Positions 53,014 to 63,047 of a DNA stretch of 64,000 nt are shown piece after piece; positions within the stretch are counted from its first letter, which is position 1, and every line of letters begins with the position of its first letter. The stretch comes from an uncultured delta proteobacterium (lineage in GTDB: Bacteria > Desulfobacterota > Desulfomonilia > Desulfomonilales > Desulfomonilaceae): positions 448,001-512,000 of the forward strand of contig CAWBKB010000001.1 in assembly GCA_963789265.1 (NCBI GenBank), in the 5' to 3' direction. Made by a program: the position numbers and the translations under genes. Below the pieces are notes generated by a model that did not search any database, had not been told where the DNA came from, and saw nothing but the letters and a program-made list of their open reading frames with translations.

Positions 53014-56000
53014 TCACGTCCAGTTCATTGGCTTGGATTTCTTGTCTTTTTTGTTGTGAGGACCGCGATGGGGTTTGGGTTCGGGACTTTTGAACGGTCC
53101 TCGGATGGTCTTGTCCATCACGGAAACTCCGGGGGGGCCCGGCGACAACCTGATCGTGTATTGATAGCCGTCGCGTACGAAGACCACAATCGGTCTAATC
53201 TTTCCTTTCCTGGCCCTGGCTGTGAGAGCGAGAAATTTCTCTTCAGAGAGATTTCCGACACCGTTATATTCTATGATGACGTCTCCCCGGGCCATGCCTG
53301 CCTTTCTAGCATCGGACCTGGGGGAGAAGTCGAGGATCATCACCCCTTGGACGATCGTCTGCGGAGCCTCCTGGCTCGCGGTCTTGTCAGCCGTCTTATC
53401 CTCCCGGGGAAGGGCAGCCGACCGTCGTTCCTTCTCTTTGGCCACAGCGGCGATTACCGCCCTCTGATCGGGACTCGGCACCCACTCCTTTGTCAGAAAG
53501 TCGTTGGCAAAATGAAAAAACCGTTGAGCAGCATTCGTTTCGACAATGACACGAAAGCCGAAATTGTTTGTGGCGACGTCCGGCCTGGACCAACCCCTGA
53601 ATGCGCATCGGAGATTGATTGCGCCGAACGTCCACTCCCCGCCCTTCATGACGCGAAATTCCCCGTGGCCGGGTCCTTCAGGATCAACTTCAGGGGTGTA
53701 TTTGTAATAGTCTTCTCCATAATAATCCCTGACCCATTCCAAAACGTTGCCCGCCATATCGTAAAGTCCGTAGCCATTGGGTTCGTAACTACCCACCGGA
53801 GCGACAAACTTGTACCCGCAGTCCGCGTTGCGATCTCTCCAGGGGAAGTCTTTATTCTTGTCCGCGTAATTGGCCCTGCGGCCGTCGGGAAGATCGTCTC
53901 CCCAGGGAAATTGCGCCATTGGGTGACCTCCGCGCGCGGCATATTCCCATTGGGCCTCAGTTGGGAGCTTATAAGGAAGTTTTTCTCGGGCAGTTAGCCA
54001 TTCCACGAATGCCTGAGCATCATTATAAGAGATCATGGTCACCGGTTCGTCGTCCGTTACCTTCCAGCCAGGATTTCTCCATGAAGTACCTTCCTTTTTC
54101 TCGAATCGATCGGTTTTTGAGTTGAACTCCTGACCGCCTTTTTCGTCCTCTGCATCGGTAACGTAACCGGTTTCGTTAACGAATTTGCGAAATTGGCCGA
54201 CCGTAACTTCGGTAGCGGACATCAAGAACGGTCGAGAGATACGAACCTTATGGAAAGGATATTCATTTTCGAGAGATACCGGCTGCCCCTGGGCCAAAGT
54301 AGTCATGGCCCAGGCGATGTCGGCTTCGGAACTCCCCATGACAAAAGAGCCGGCCGGGATGCGAACCATAGACATGCCCAGGGAATTGGCAAAGGATTGA
54401 ATTGCCTTGTTGCGGGTCAGATCGACAAGATCCTCCAGGACGTCCTTGACAAAGAACCGCAAGTCCTCCGGAGATCCGTTTCCTTTACCAATGGATGAGA
54501 TGAACGCTTGGACGTGTTTACGGGCCTCGAGTCGGTGACCCCTCCGCACCATGTCCTTCACACGATCGAGAAGGCGGGTGATCTGCTCGTTGTCCAGGGA
54601 ATTTCCTCCAGCAGCGGGTTCGGGAATCGCATCATTCGGCGCGGGAACCGCCGCGACCCGAAATCCCGAAAGGTCGGTAGGGAGATTCGGCTCGAGGCCG
54701 AATCGAAAAGCGTTCCTGGCAATTCCCGCCCCGAAAGCCCAATTGCCTCCTCTCACGACTCTTTTCTTTCCTTTTCGGGGACCGGTGGGATCTGCGCTTT
54801 CCTTGGGTGCAGTTCCGGCGTAGGCCTTAGGGTCATAATAGTCCGAACAGAGCTGCCAGACATTGCCGACCATATCGTACAGCCAGAATCCATTGGGCTC
54901 ATAGGCACCTACCGGGGAGACCCTCGCATAGCCGTCGTCAATTGTCCGGTCCGCCCACGGAACAGGAGCTCGCCTGTCAGCAAGATTAGCCTTCTGGCCA
55001 TCAGGATACTCGTTGCCCCATGGGTACCACTTTTCAGCCTTCCTCCCTCGCGCTGCGAATTCCCACTGAGCTTCAGTGGGCAGATAATACCGGCGCCCGT
55101 CCTTCTCACTCAACCATTTACAGAAGGCCTCCGCGTCGGCATGACAGACAAGCACGACCGGATAATCGTTCACATCCTCATTTCCCGTGTTCTTCCAGGA
55201 TGCTCCACTTTTCTTTATCCAATGCTTTTTGGAGTCTTCATAAGCCCAGCCCCAACCTTGCCTTTCAGCAACAGTCCGGTACCCGGTTTCATTGACGAAC
55301 TGTTTGAATTGGCCTACCGTAACGTCATACTTCCCTAAAAGAAACGGATTGCTGATTCTTACTGTGTGAGCTGGCTCCTCCGGCTGAAGCATATTCTCTT
55401 GTACATTCCACTCGCTCTGGATTCGTCGTATATCGGCTGCGGAACTCCCCATAACGAATTTGCCGGGCCGCACGAGAACCATTCTCATCCCGGCCGCATT
55501 CACTATCTCCCCGTTGACGGGAGTTTTTCCCATCGCGGATCCTGAAGCTTTGGAGCGAGCCGAGCGGAGGTTAAGTTCCAATGTTTGCGCGTCGTTGGCA
55601 AGCCCGGAACGGGAGGCTAGCTTGATGGCTCTTTCTAGAGGGTGAACCGCAAGATCCCACTCTTGCCTTTGCATGCGTGTCTTCGCAAGGGTTTCTTCCC
55701 TTTGCAGGATTCTGAGATCTCGAGAAGCATCATGGGAGGGGGGATGTCTGAATTCTCGATGCTGTGATTTGGGAGCCGTTTTCTTTCCTTCCGAGGAACG
55801 TTGGCGGTGGAGGCTGTCCAGGTACCCGGAAATTGCTTCATAGAGCTTCGCCGGGCTGACTTCTTGCTTCTTTCCCGGGCTCCCGGCTGAAGAGCCTTCA
55901 GGGGAAGAGTAAGTTTGATCCGCCCACGAGAAGGTCGTGGAAGACACAAAGAAGAGGAGAGCCAAAATCAAAACAGCAGGCGACCACTTTTCAAGCTTGG

Positions 56001-56103
56001 TTCGGGCTGAATCGGAGATATGGTTCCAGGTCTCGATCATGATTAATCTCCATGCTGTACCGGCCTGCGTTAAGCTCCGGCCCAACCGAATGATTCTCAG
56101 CAT
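53014..56103 (-). CDS. membrane-anchored/exported protein with two FGE-sulfatase (SUMF1/EgtB/PvdO-like) domains and a C-terminal PDZ-like domain
   Basis: two copies of F.MGS..E.P.H.V, LPTEAQWE.AARG, N..GLYDM.GNV, RGG.W..GFR; SDARKAGMARGDVIIEYNG; start uncertain. Confidence 0.9.
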   Translation of the reverse strand: MLRIIRLGRSLTQAGTAWRLIMIETWNHISDSARTKLEKWSPAVLILALLFFVSSTTFSWADQTYSSPEGSSAGSPGKKQEVSPAKLYEAISGYLDSLHRQRSSEGKKTAPKSQHREFRHPPSHDASRDLRILQREETLAKTRMQRQEWDLAVHPLERAIKLASRSGLANDAQTLELNLRSARSKASGSAMGKTPVNGEIVNAAGMRMVLVRPGKFVMGSSAADIRRIQSEWNVQENMLQPEEPAHTVRISNPFLLGKYDVTVGQFKQFVNETGYRTVAERQGWGWAYEDSKKHWIKKSGASWKNTGNEDVNDYPVVLVCHADAEAFCKWLSEKDGRRYYLPTEAQWEFAARGRKAEKWYPWGNEYPDGQKANLADRRAPVPWADRTIDDGYARVSPVGAYEPNGFWLYDMVGNVWQLCSDYYDPKAYAGTAPKESADPTGPRKGKKRVVRGGNWAFGAGIARNAFRFGLEPNLPTDLSGFRVAAVPAPNDAIPEPAAGGNSLDNEQITRLLDRVKDMVRRGHRLEARKHVQAFISSIGKGNGSPEDLRFFVKDVLEDLVDLTRNKAIQSFANSLGMSMVRIPAGSFVMGSSEADIAWAMTTLAQGQPVSLENEYPFHKVRISRPFLMSATEVTVGQFRKFVNETGYVTDAEDEKGGQEFNSKTDRFEKKEGTSWRNPGWKVTDDEPVTMISYNDAQAFVEWLTAREKLPYKLPTEAQWEYAARGGHPMAQFPWGDDLPDGRRANYADKNKDFPWRDRNADCGYKFVAPVGSYEPNGYGLYDMAGNVLEWVRDYYGEDYYKYTPEVDPEGPGHGEFRVMKGGEWTFGAINLRCAFRGWSRPDVATNNFGFRVIVETNAAQRFFHFANDFLTKEWVPSPDQRAVIAAVAKEKERRSAALPREDKTADKTASQEAPQTIVQGVMILDFSPRSDARKAGMARGDVIIEYNGVGNLSEEKFLALTARARKGKIRPIVVFVRDGYQYTIRLSPGPPGVSVMDKTIRGPFKSPEPKPHRGPHNKKDKKSKPMNWT

Positions 56104-56336
56104 CGGACATTACTGTCGGCAATTGCCAAAATCTTTGTGCAAATCGCTCCACGTTAGCCGGAATGACAGGTAAACACCGCCGCAGTGATCTTCGACGGAC
56201 TCTGTGCATGGGTCGCCCCACGGGCCATCATTCCAGGCAACCGCTCCATACACCTATGAAACAGAAATTCAATGCCCGCGCGCGGTTGAAGTAAATGGCT
56301 ATATTCTTACCGGGGATTCCCCCCGATTATTCCTCG

Positions 56337-57182
56337 TTACTTAATTTCAACAGGAATGGTTTTCTTCAGTTGCTCCATGAGCTGTTTGCGCAGTTCGGTA
56401 ATCTTCTGATCTTGAAGCTTTCTGTAGATGGAGCCCCTCACCTGGACAAAAGCAGGCGGGTCAGGCTTCCGGCGATCCTCAACTTTCAGAATGTGCCATC
56501 CGAATTGCGTCTTGATAGGTCCCCCTATCTGGCCCTTGGGAATATTAAATAGGGACTCCTCGAAAGAATGTTCGAATGTTCCCCGGGGCAGCCACTCCCG
56601 ACCATCCGGCAATGTGAGTTTCCCACCCTGGGCTGCTGCTGGATCGATGGAATTCTTCTTTGCCAGTTCGGCAAAATCCTTGCCCGATTTGATCTCACCC
56701 AGGATTTTATTAGCTTGAGCTTCGGTCTTCACGAGAATGTGGCGGGCCTTTATCTCTTCGGGAGGTGTGAATTCAGATTTGTGTTCCTCGAAATAGGCCT
56801 GAAGATCTTTTTCGGACAAGGGAGGACTCTTTGCGAGCTGCCGCCGGAAGTACTCTCCAGCCAGATATTCAGTCTGAACATAATTCAGCCGCGTCTTGAC
56901 CGGTGCTTCTTTGTCAATTCCTTGCGCCTTGGCGGCCTCGGCGAACACCATTGAGGTGACAACTTCGTCCAGGATCTTTTTTCGACCGTCGGGGGTTAGG
57001 AACGGTACCCTGTTTTCCTCCGGGATTGTCTCTATGATGTTATCCAACATTTCTCGGGTAATCGGGTGATTTCCAATTTGGGCGAGAACATCCCCAGCTT
57101 GAGCTTTAGCTGACGGGTCGGTCGCGTAAGCATTGGAGGCTATGACGGCAATTAAAATCACAAGAGGCCCGATCCATTTCAT
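56337..57182 (-). CDS. parvulin-type peptidyl-prolyl isomerase (PrsA/SurA-like foldase)
   Basis: signal peptide, IKARHILVK, FAELAKKNSID, PIKTQFGWHILKV. Confidence 0.93.
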   Translation of the reverse strand: MKWIGPLVILIAVIASNAYATDPSAKAQAGDVLAQIGNHPITREMLDNIIETIPEENRVPFLTPDGRKKILDEVVTSMVFAEAAKAQGIDKEAPVKTRLNYVQTEYLAGEYFRRQLAKSPPLSEKDLQAYFEEHKSEFTPPEEIKARHILVKTEAQANKILGEIKSGKDFAELAKKNSIDPAAAQGGKLTLPDGREWLPRGTFEHSFEESLFNIPKGQIGGPIKTQFGWHILKVEDRRKPDPPAFVQVRGSIYRKLQDQKITELRKQLMEQLKKTIPVEIK

Positions 57183-57331
57183 TTTGTGCCCTTTCGTAGA
57201 TTCTCCACGAATTTTCTTGGCTATTGCCAAAGGTCTTGCCCAACTATAACGCACCGGATGATAGGACAATAGGCCGGGAAAAGCAAGCATAGGACTGAGA
57301 AAGCTTTGACAGCGGGAGAACCGGACGAGGA

Positions 57332-57580
57332 CTAGTCCGTGCTTTCCTCAGAAGGCTTATTCTCTTTTTCAACAGAGATTACATGCAGGTGAGGTTTGGT
57401 GCCGCGTGGAGGGAGATCGAAATTCAGACGTGCCTGGCCGATAAGCTCTGAAAACTTCAAGAAATCTGAAGCAACAAACTTGAGGCTACAGTGCGGGAGA
57501 TTAATATGCACCACACCTCCCGGGCAAACGGAGACGGTGCCGAAGTTCTCCTCGCTTGAGAGAATGATCTGGTCGTCCAA
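57332..57580 (-). CDS. small hypothetical protein
   Basis: AAGGAG RBS before TTG start; 82 aa with VSVCPGGVVHINL. Confidence 0.6.
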   Translation of the reverse strand: MDDQIILSSEENFGTVSVCPGGVVHINLPHCSLKFVASDFLKFSELIGQARLNFDLPPRGTKPHLHVISVEKENKPSEESTD

Positions 57581-57714
57581 GTAGTGCTCCTTAACCTTTT
57601 TTCATTATAGGATTCTGCCCATGTCTTTGCAACAGCAAGCTGGGAGGTCTCATACCAACTCCCATAGCTGGAAGGCTACAACGAAACATGAAAACGTCAG
57701 TAGGACGGGCATCT

Positions 57715-57923
57715 GAAACTGTCTCAAAAACAATGAAGCGGTCGGAATCGTGGCACGAATCCCTCACCCTGTGTCCCTCTCCCTGAGGGCGAGGGAAGTG
57801 CAAAACTGCCCTGGATCTACTCCCTCTCCCTATGGGAGAGGGTTGGGGTGAGGGCGACGACTATACGAATGAGCCTGAATCGTGGCACGATTCTGGTCAT
57901 CAAAATAGTTTTGAGACAGTTTC
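57715..57923. mobile_element. 209-bp MITE copy 4 (inverted relative to copies 3 and 5)
   Basis: GAAACTGTCTCAAAA...TTTTGAGACAGTTTC with ATCT duplication. Confidence 0.9.
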
Positions 57924-58174
57924 ATCTTGCCGGTCAGTAGGACCGTCCCGCGCGAAACGCGGGATTGCCGGTCGGTAACAGGACGTTTTCATAGGAATGC
58001 ATTTTCAAGCCTGGAACAGGAGATCTGCAAGAGCGAACCCGCGTGTTCGCCCTGAAAGCCGGGCCGACACCCGGATCGGCCGCTACCGATTGCCGGCGAA
58101 TTTGCCGCTTGAAAACACATCGGGATCAAGGAGCTGTGAGACAGCCTTCGCCGAAGCCGTCAGAATTACACTGC

Positions 58175-60350
58175 TTATGGGAGCAGGCCGATAGTATAAG
58201 ACTTCAGATCCCTAATGGCAGCTAAATCCTGGCGTTGTTCGGCTTGACCGCTAGCCTGAGCGTAAACCTGCTCCAGCCTACCTCTCAACCGGTCGCTGCA
58301 CGGGTAACGTCTGACAGCCGCTGAAAGCCGCTTCAAGCCTTTCAACCAGTACTGCTTCTCCGTTGCCCAATTCCGTTTTGCTTCTTCATCTATCTTTGTT
58401 AACTCGGTATCGAGCGAGGCTTTATCTTTAGCCGGCTTATCTTGTAGCGCCTTTTCTTCGGTTTTCTTAGTGTCCTGTGCAGCGTCGGCCTTGCCGGTCG
58501 CGGGCTCTGCCGGGACAGTCTCTTCGAGCTTCTCTTTTTGAAGCCGAGCTATCCGGCGCTGTCTTTCTCGCTCAAACATGGCTGCTTGGGCGGGGAGATA
58601 TTCATATCTGGCGGCCTCTAACATCCACATGTCGATGAGATTCCGGAAGGAGTAATCAAACGGTGACAGCCCTCTGGCTGTTTTGACCAACTCCACATTC
58701 TTATCTACCTGTCTGATCATGTCCTCTCGAAATCTAGCGTCCTTCTCAGCCATACCATCAACCAGTTTTTGAAACATGGGCGAGCCGACGGGGATGCCGC
58801 TTAGGCCGTTCTCGGTCGGAATAACCAATTTTCCATAGCGGCGGCCCCAGTCGATGGCCTCAGTCTGGGCCATACTATCCAAGTGCAATTTACTCTTAAG
58901 GATTTGCCTGAAGAGCCTTTCATATTTGTTCAAAACCAGCTTGTTCGTGTCCATGATAGCGATGTTACTGAATTGACAGGCAACGAACTTCATTGGGTTC
59001 GAAATCGGGCCGTAGGTCTGAAAGGGGGTCTGGAAGAGCGCTCGATCTTGTTCGTGAGACTTCTTTGAAGCATCGGGCTTCCAATCAAATCCTTCCGGAC
59101 CCTGGCTCGTGGTCTCGATTCTTATTGGTCTTTCCTTTTCCATCACCGCGTAAGCGTGACCTGGCATCAGGAAGCCGTCAACATTCAGCTTGGCGTCACG
59201 TGCCAGAAGTGTGTACAGAATGGAACCACTCAAGCAAAGGTATTTGTGGTTTTCGACAACGTCTTTTGCCGAAATGCCGTTCATGGCGTGATAATCTTTC
59301 AGGACATTCCTCTTCAGCCAAACGAAGAGGCGCCGGGCTCTCTCTTCATCATTCGAGGTGTTACCACAAGCGGCCAGCGCTTTCTTTTTCAGATTCTTGA
59401 TTTCGGACAGAAACCTTTCGGCACTCCTGCGCTGTACCACCTGAAGCTTTTACGAATGCCACATAGGGATCGGAAAAAGGCTTTGAAGGTATTTCATCAG
59501 GGTTGCAAAAAAACAGCTTATACATCATGGTCGGCAATTCATGACGGTCAGGAATTTTCCCCTCCAATATCACGTGCTTTTCCAGCGCGGCCAGTATAAA
59601 TTTCCGCAACACCATGTTTACGAGAAAATCAGGCTTGTACACTTTCGCGATTTGGGGTTGGTGGACCAGAAACTCGGCGGCTGCGGTCCTTAGCTTTTCT
59701 ATTACTTGGCTGCTGTTGCCGACCATTAGCCGGATTACGGGCACAGCCCAGTCATAAGGAGGAGGAGCGAGCAGCGCGGATATATATAGTCTTTTCAAAA
59801 GGTAGGGATCGCCTGAAAGCCCCGAATTCCGTGACAACACTTGTGCTGCGTAGTCAAGCACGGCCGCGTAGTAGTTGCCGGTATCCTCGTAGCGCCATCC
59901 GGCAAGGCACACGGCAGCGGGAACGATGTTTTTGTTGAGGTTTCGGGACATTTTCAGGTACCGGTCCCCCTCAGTGATATAACCCATGCGATAGTTCAAC
60001 TTGGCCAGATACAAGTACACCTCCGGGCTACTGGGCCTGGCCAATGCGGCCCGTAGAAAGTAGTCGGTCGCATCCATCGCTTGCCGGCCTGTTATGACGC
60101 CGTTGTTGGGGTCTCCCATCTTCATCAGACCGAGCTTAATGAGGGCGTAATAGTTGTTAGGGTCAGCTTTAACCACCGCCTCGAATTTTTCGGCAACCTT
60201 GATGGAATCTCCGCCGAGCTTCTCGGCCTTGAACGCTTCTAGAAGAAGAGCGTCGGCACTCGTTTTTTCCGCGGCAGAAACGGTATGTGAACCGGTCATG
60301 GTCCAGAAGAGGACTAGAAAGCATGCCAAGAATAGGCTGTTTGCTCTCAT
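58175..60350 (-). CDS. exported TPR + transglutaminase-like domain protein (indel near 59420)
   Basis: signal peptide, TPR-like N-terminus; YLCLSGSILYTLLA..MPGHAYAV..IETT in the second frame. Confidence 0.7.
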
Positions 60351-60537
60351 CTCTTCCCCCTTTGTGAATGTTAGAATGGCTAAGTATACTGAAAATAATG
60401 AATAATGTCAATTTATCGCAGGGCCCGGTAGTGTCCCAATTAAGTGTACCGGCCATCATTCCGGCGAACGCCGAAATCCAGTAGGACCGGTCCCGCGAGA
60501 CGCGGGATGCCGGTAGTTTATGAGCCGGCGGCAGGGA

Positions 60538-60746
60538 GAAAGTGTCTCAAAACTATTTTGATGCCTGGAATCGTGCTACGATTCAAGCTCATTCGTATAG
60601 TCGTCGCCCTCACCCCAACCCTCTCCCAGGGGGAGAGGGAGCATATCCAGGGCAGTTTTGCACTTCCCTCGCCCTCTGGGAGAGGGACACGGGGTGAGGG
60701 AATCGTGCTACGATTCCGACCGCTTCATTGTTTTTGAGACAGTTTC
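60538..60746. mobile_element. 209-bp MITE copy 5
   Basis: GAAAGTGTCTCAAAA...TTTTGAGACAGTTTC with GGGA duplication; nearly identical to copy 3. Confidence 0.9.
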
Positions 60747-60913
60747 GGGACGCCGGCGCTACCCCCCGCATTGAGGTCTTGGGTGAGGAATTGTGAAAAT
60801 CACCGATGGTGTCCCAATTAAGTTTGTAGAGAGCGCTCAATGCGGCCCAAACCAGGACAGAACCCGGAGCCTCACACTGGTTGCCCCCGAGGTGAAGGAA
60901 CTACCAATAAATC

Positions 60914-60943
60914 TTGACATCTCGCCAATTTATCATGTATAGT
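60914..60943 (+). promoter_or_regulatory. putative sigma70 promoter
   Basis: TTGACA-18 nt-TATAGT upstream of the ORF at 61018. Confidence 0.5.
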
Positions 60944-61017
60944 GTGATATAGTTCCGCCAAGTCATGTTGCAAAGTCTTGTGCAAAGACTCGCCCGCGGC
61001 AGCGGGGAGGGGAAAGT

Positions 61018-61776
61018 ATGATGAGCAAAAAAACCGGTTTTGTGGTCTGCACTCTCAGCTTCCTGACCATGATCTACCTGCCTGCCGATGTCGGGGCTCA
61101 ACAACAAACGGGAACGCAGGGAAAACCCCGGGAAGGGGTGTTTGAAGTCACTTTGAAGTCTGCGAAACCTCGCAAGATGATTGTGGACGAACTGGTCCGG
61201 GACAGGGACCTGGATCCCGGGGCCCTGTACAGGGTCAAAACCGGTGGGTATCTTGCATTTGATGAGGCTGAATGGGTAAAGAAGATCGAGTTCAAAGTCT
61301 TCGAGAAGCCCGTGACGGAACTCCCTCAATACAAAAGGTTCAGCGAACTTATTGTAGATATCAATACCAAGATAGGCGGCATCAAACGTGTCCTCGGGAG
61401 CTATGACCAACTCGCCTTACGCCTGATGAATATCTGCGACAAGAGCCGGTTCCCCACATTAAGTGCCATTGACGAGAATGTCGTTCAGCAGGTCGCTGTA
61501 TACCAGAAATTGGAGCTTTTGCGGCAACTCGTAGTTAACGCGCTGGATCGGTTCATAAGGGACCGCTCCTGCGTGGATAGATATGCCGAGTATTCAAAGA
61601 GCCTTGACCTGTATTCGAGGCGGCTGGGTGAACTAAGCCAGAATTACGATAGATTGAGCAGGAGTGCTATCCGGTTTGTGCAGGACCTGAAGTCAAGCGC
61701 CGGCCAACCGGCCGAGAGCGAAAAGACGGAGGAACAGCCGCCACCACCACCATCGCGCCCACCCAGCCGACGATAG
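61018..61776 (+). CDS. exported helical hypothetical protein
   Basis: GGAGG RBS, signal peptide, coiled-coil-like body, Pro-rich tail. Confidence 0.75.
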   Translation: MMSKKTGFVVCTLSFLTMIYLPADVGAQQQTGTQGKPREGVFEVTLKSAKPRKMIVDELVRDRDLDPGALYRVKTGGYLAFDEAEWVKKIEFKVFEKPVTELPQYKRFSELIVDINTKIGGIKRVLGSYDQLALRLMNICDKSRFPTLSAIDENVVQQVAVYQKLELLRQLVVNALDRFIRDRSCVDRYAEYSKSLDLYSRRLGELSQNYDRLSRSAIRFVQDLKSSAGQPAESEKTEEQPPPPPSRPPSRR

Positions 61777-61910
61777 ATTCGAAACTATACTGCTGACGGG
61801 CCCATAACCGAAGGCGCGGGTCGTTGGCTGTCATAAGTGTGGTTTGCTGCCGAACGTTCAACGTGATCCAAACACGAGACAAGACCGAGAGTAAGGAAGA
61901 ACAAGCGCGC

Positions 61911-62534
61911 TTGAGGACCGGTGACGGTTCCGTGGCAGTCTCCGGCATTCTTCTGGCCGGAGGCGGGTCCAGGCGGATGGGAGGGAAAAGTAAAGCCCTT
62001 TTGGAAGTGGGAGGTCGCCGGATTGTCGAGAGGGCCGCTTCTGTCCTATGCAAAGTGTTTCGTGAAGTCCTTTTGATCACTAATTCACCTGAAGATTTCC
62101 GATTTCTCGGGCTCCCTATGTTGACGGACCTGCTGCCCGGCCGAGGGTCTCTCGGCGGCCTGTTTACAGGTTTAAGCGCTTGTGCGGGCAACTACGGATT
62201 CCTGGTCGCATGTGACATGCCTTTCCTCTCCGTGGAGGTCATCAAATACATGGTGGACATGATCGAGGGCTTCGACGTGGTACTGCCGCGGACTTCGGGC
62301 GGATTCGAACCTCTTCATGCGGCATATTCCAAAGAATGTCTCCCGCACATCCAAGGACTCTTGAAACGCGAAGATCTCAAGATCGCAAATTTTTTTGATA
62401 AAGTGAGAATGAGAGAAGTGCCGGAAGCTGATTTGATCCGCTTTGATCCCGAACTTCGCTTCATCATGAACGTCAATACTCCGCAAGATCTGGAGCAGGC
62501 CCGAATGTACTTCGGTCGGAAGAATTCGAAATAG
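61911..62534 (+). CDS. mobA: molybdenum cofactor guanylyltransferase (start uncertain)
   Basis: ILLAGGGSRRMGG.SKALL, GSLGGLFTGL, VACDMPF, EPLHAAY, NVNTPQDL. Confidence 0.93.
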   Translation: MRTGDGSVAVSGILLAGGGSRRMGGKSKALLEVGGRRIVERAASVLCKVFREVLLITNSPEDFRFLGLPMLTDLLPGRGSLGGLFTGLSACAGNYGFLVACDMPFLSVEVIKYMVDMIEGFDVVLPRTSGGFEPLHAAYSKECLPHIQGLLKREDLKIANFFDKVRMREVPEADLIRFDPELRFIMNVNTPQDLEQARMYFGRKNSK

Positions 62535-62606
62535 AATTGCTTACTCCCGCATGACTGGGGAGTCACGGCAAAGGGCGATCATTCAGTTTTGTGGAGCAGG
62601 CTTTCC

Positions 62607-62816
62607 GAAACTGTCTCAAAATTGTTGAACTGGACACGATCGTACCACGAAATTCCCTCACCCTGACCCTCTCCCAAAGGGCGAGGGGACGTTAATAGAG
62701 ACCTTGGATCAGCTCACTCTCCCTCTGGGAGAGGGCTGGGGTGAGGGCACCGAAAATGCCCACCAGGCTTTATCGTGGCACGATTCTGGGCATCAAATTA
62801 GTTTTGAGACAGTTTG
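62607..62816. mobile_element. 210-bp MITE copy 6
   Basis: GAAACTGTCTCAAAA...TTTTGAGACAGTTTG with TTCC duplication in GCAGGCT-TTCC-AGCCTGC. Confidence 0.88.
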
Positions 62817-63047
62817 TTCCAGCCTGCCGGGGAAACCTCTGTTCAGTGGCGGGCTAGAAAGCCCACCCCCACGAAGCCATCCGCAACTTCCGGCTGTAAC
62901 TGAACGATTGCAGCAGGCGGCGAAATTTGGTTGATCCGAATTCGTCTCTTTGCTAAATTGTCTGGTTACGATTCTTCAAATCAGCCCCATTGCAACCGAC
63001 TGAATTTATAGAGAATCATCAGTTAGTCATCCGAGGAGGTTCGGTAG

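Noticed and set aside
53005..55338. Long plus-strand ORFs (53005..53997, 54508..55338)
   Set aside because: Antisense shadows of the FGE-domain gene
53014..56103. Diversity-generating retroelement target (FGE-type C-type-lectin fold)
   Set aside because: No reverse transcriptase in the window and no template/variable repeat pair differing at adenines was seen
60431..60822. Direct repeat GTGTCCCAATTAAG flanking MITE 5 as an att site
   Set aside because: No integrase or cargo; more likely orphan ends of the TTAAG-type small elements
11625..62934. ORFs containing LPLGEGWGEG or PSPSGRGTRG (11625, 41995, 57591, 60444, 60610, 62704)
   Set aside because: These are translations of the MITE palindromes, not genes
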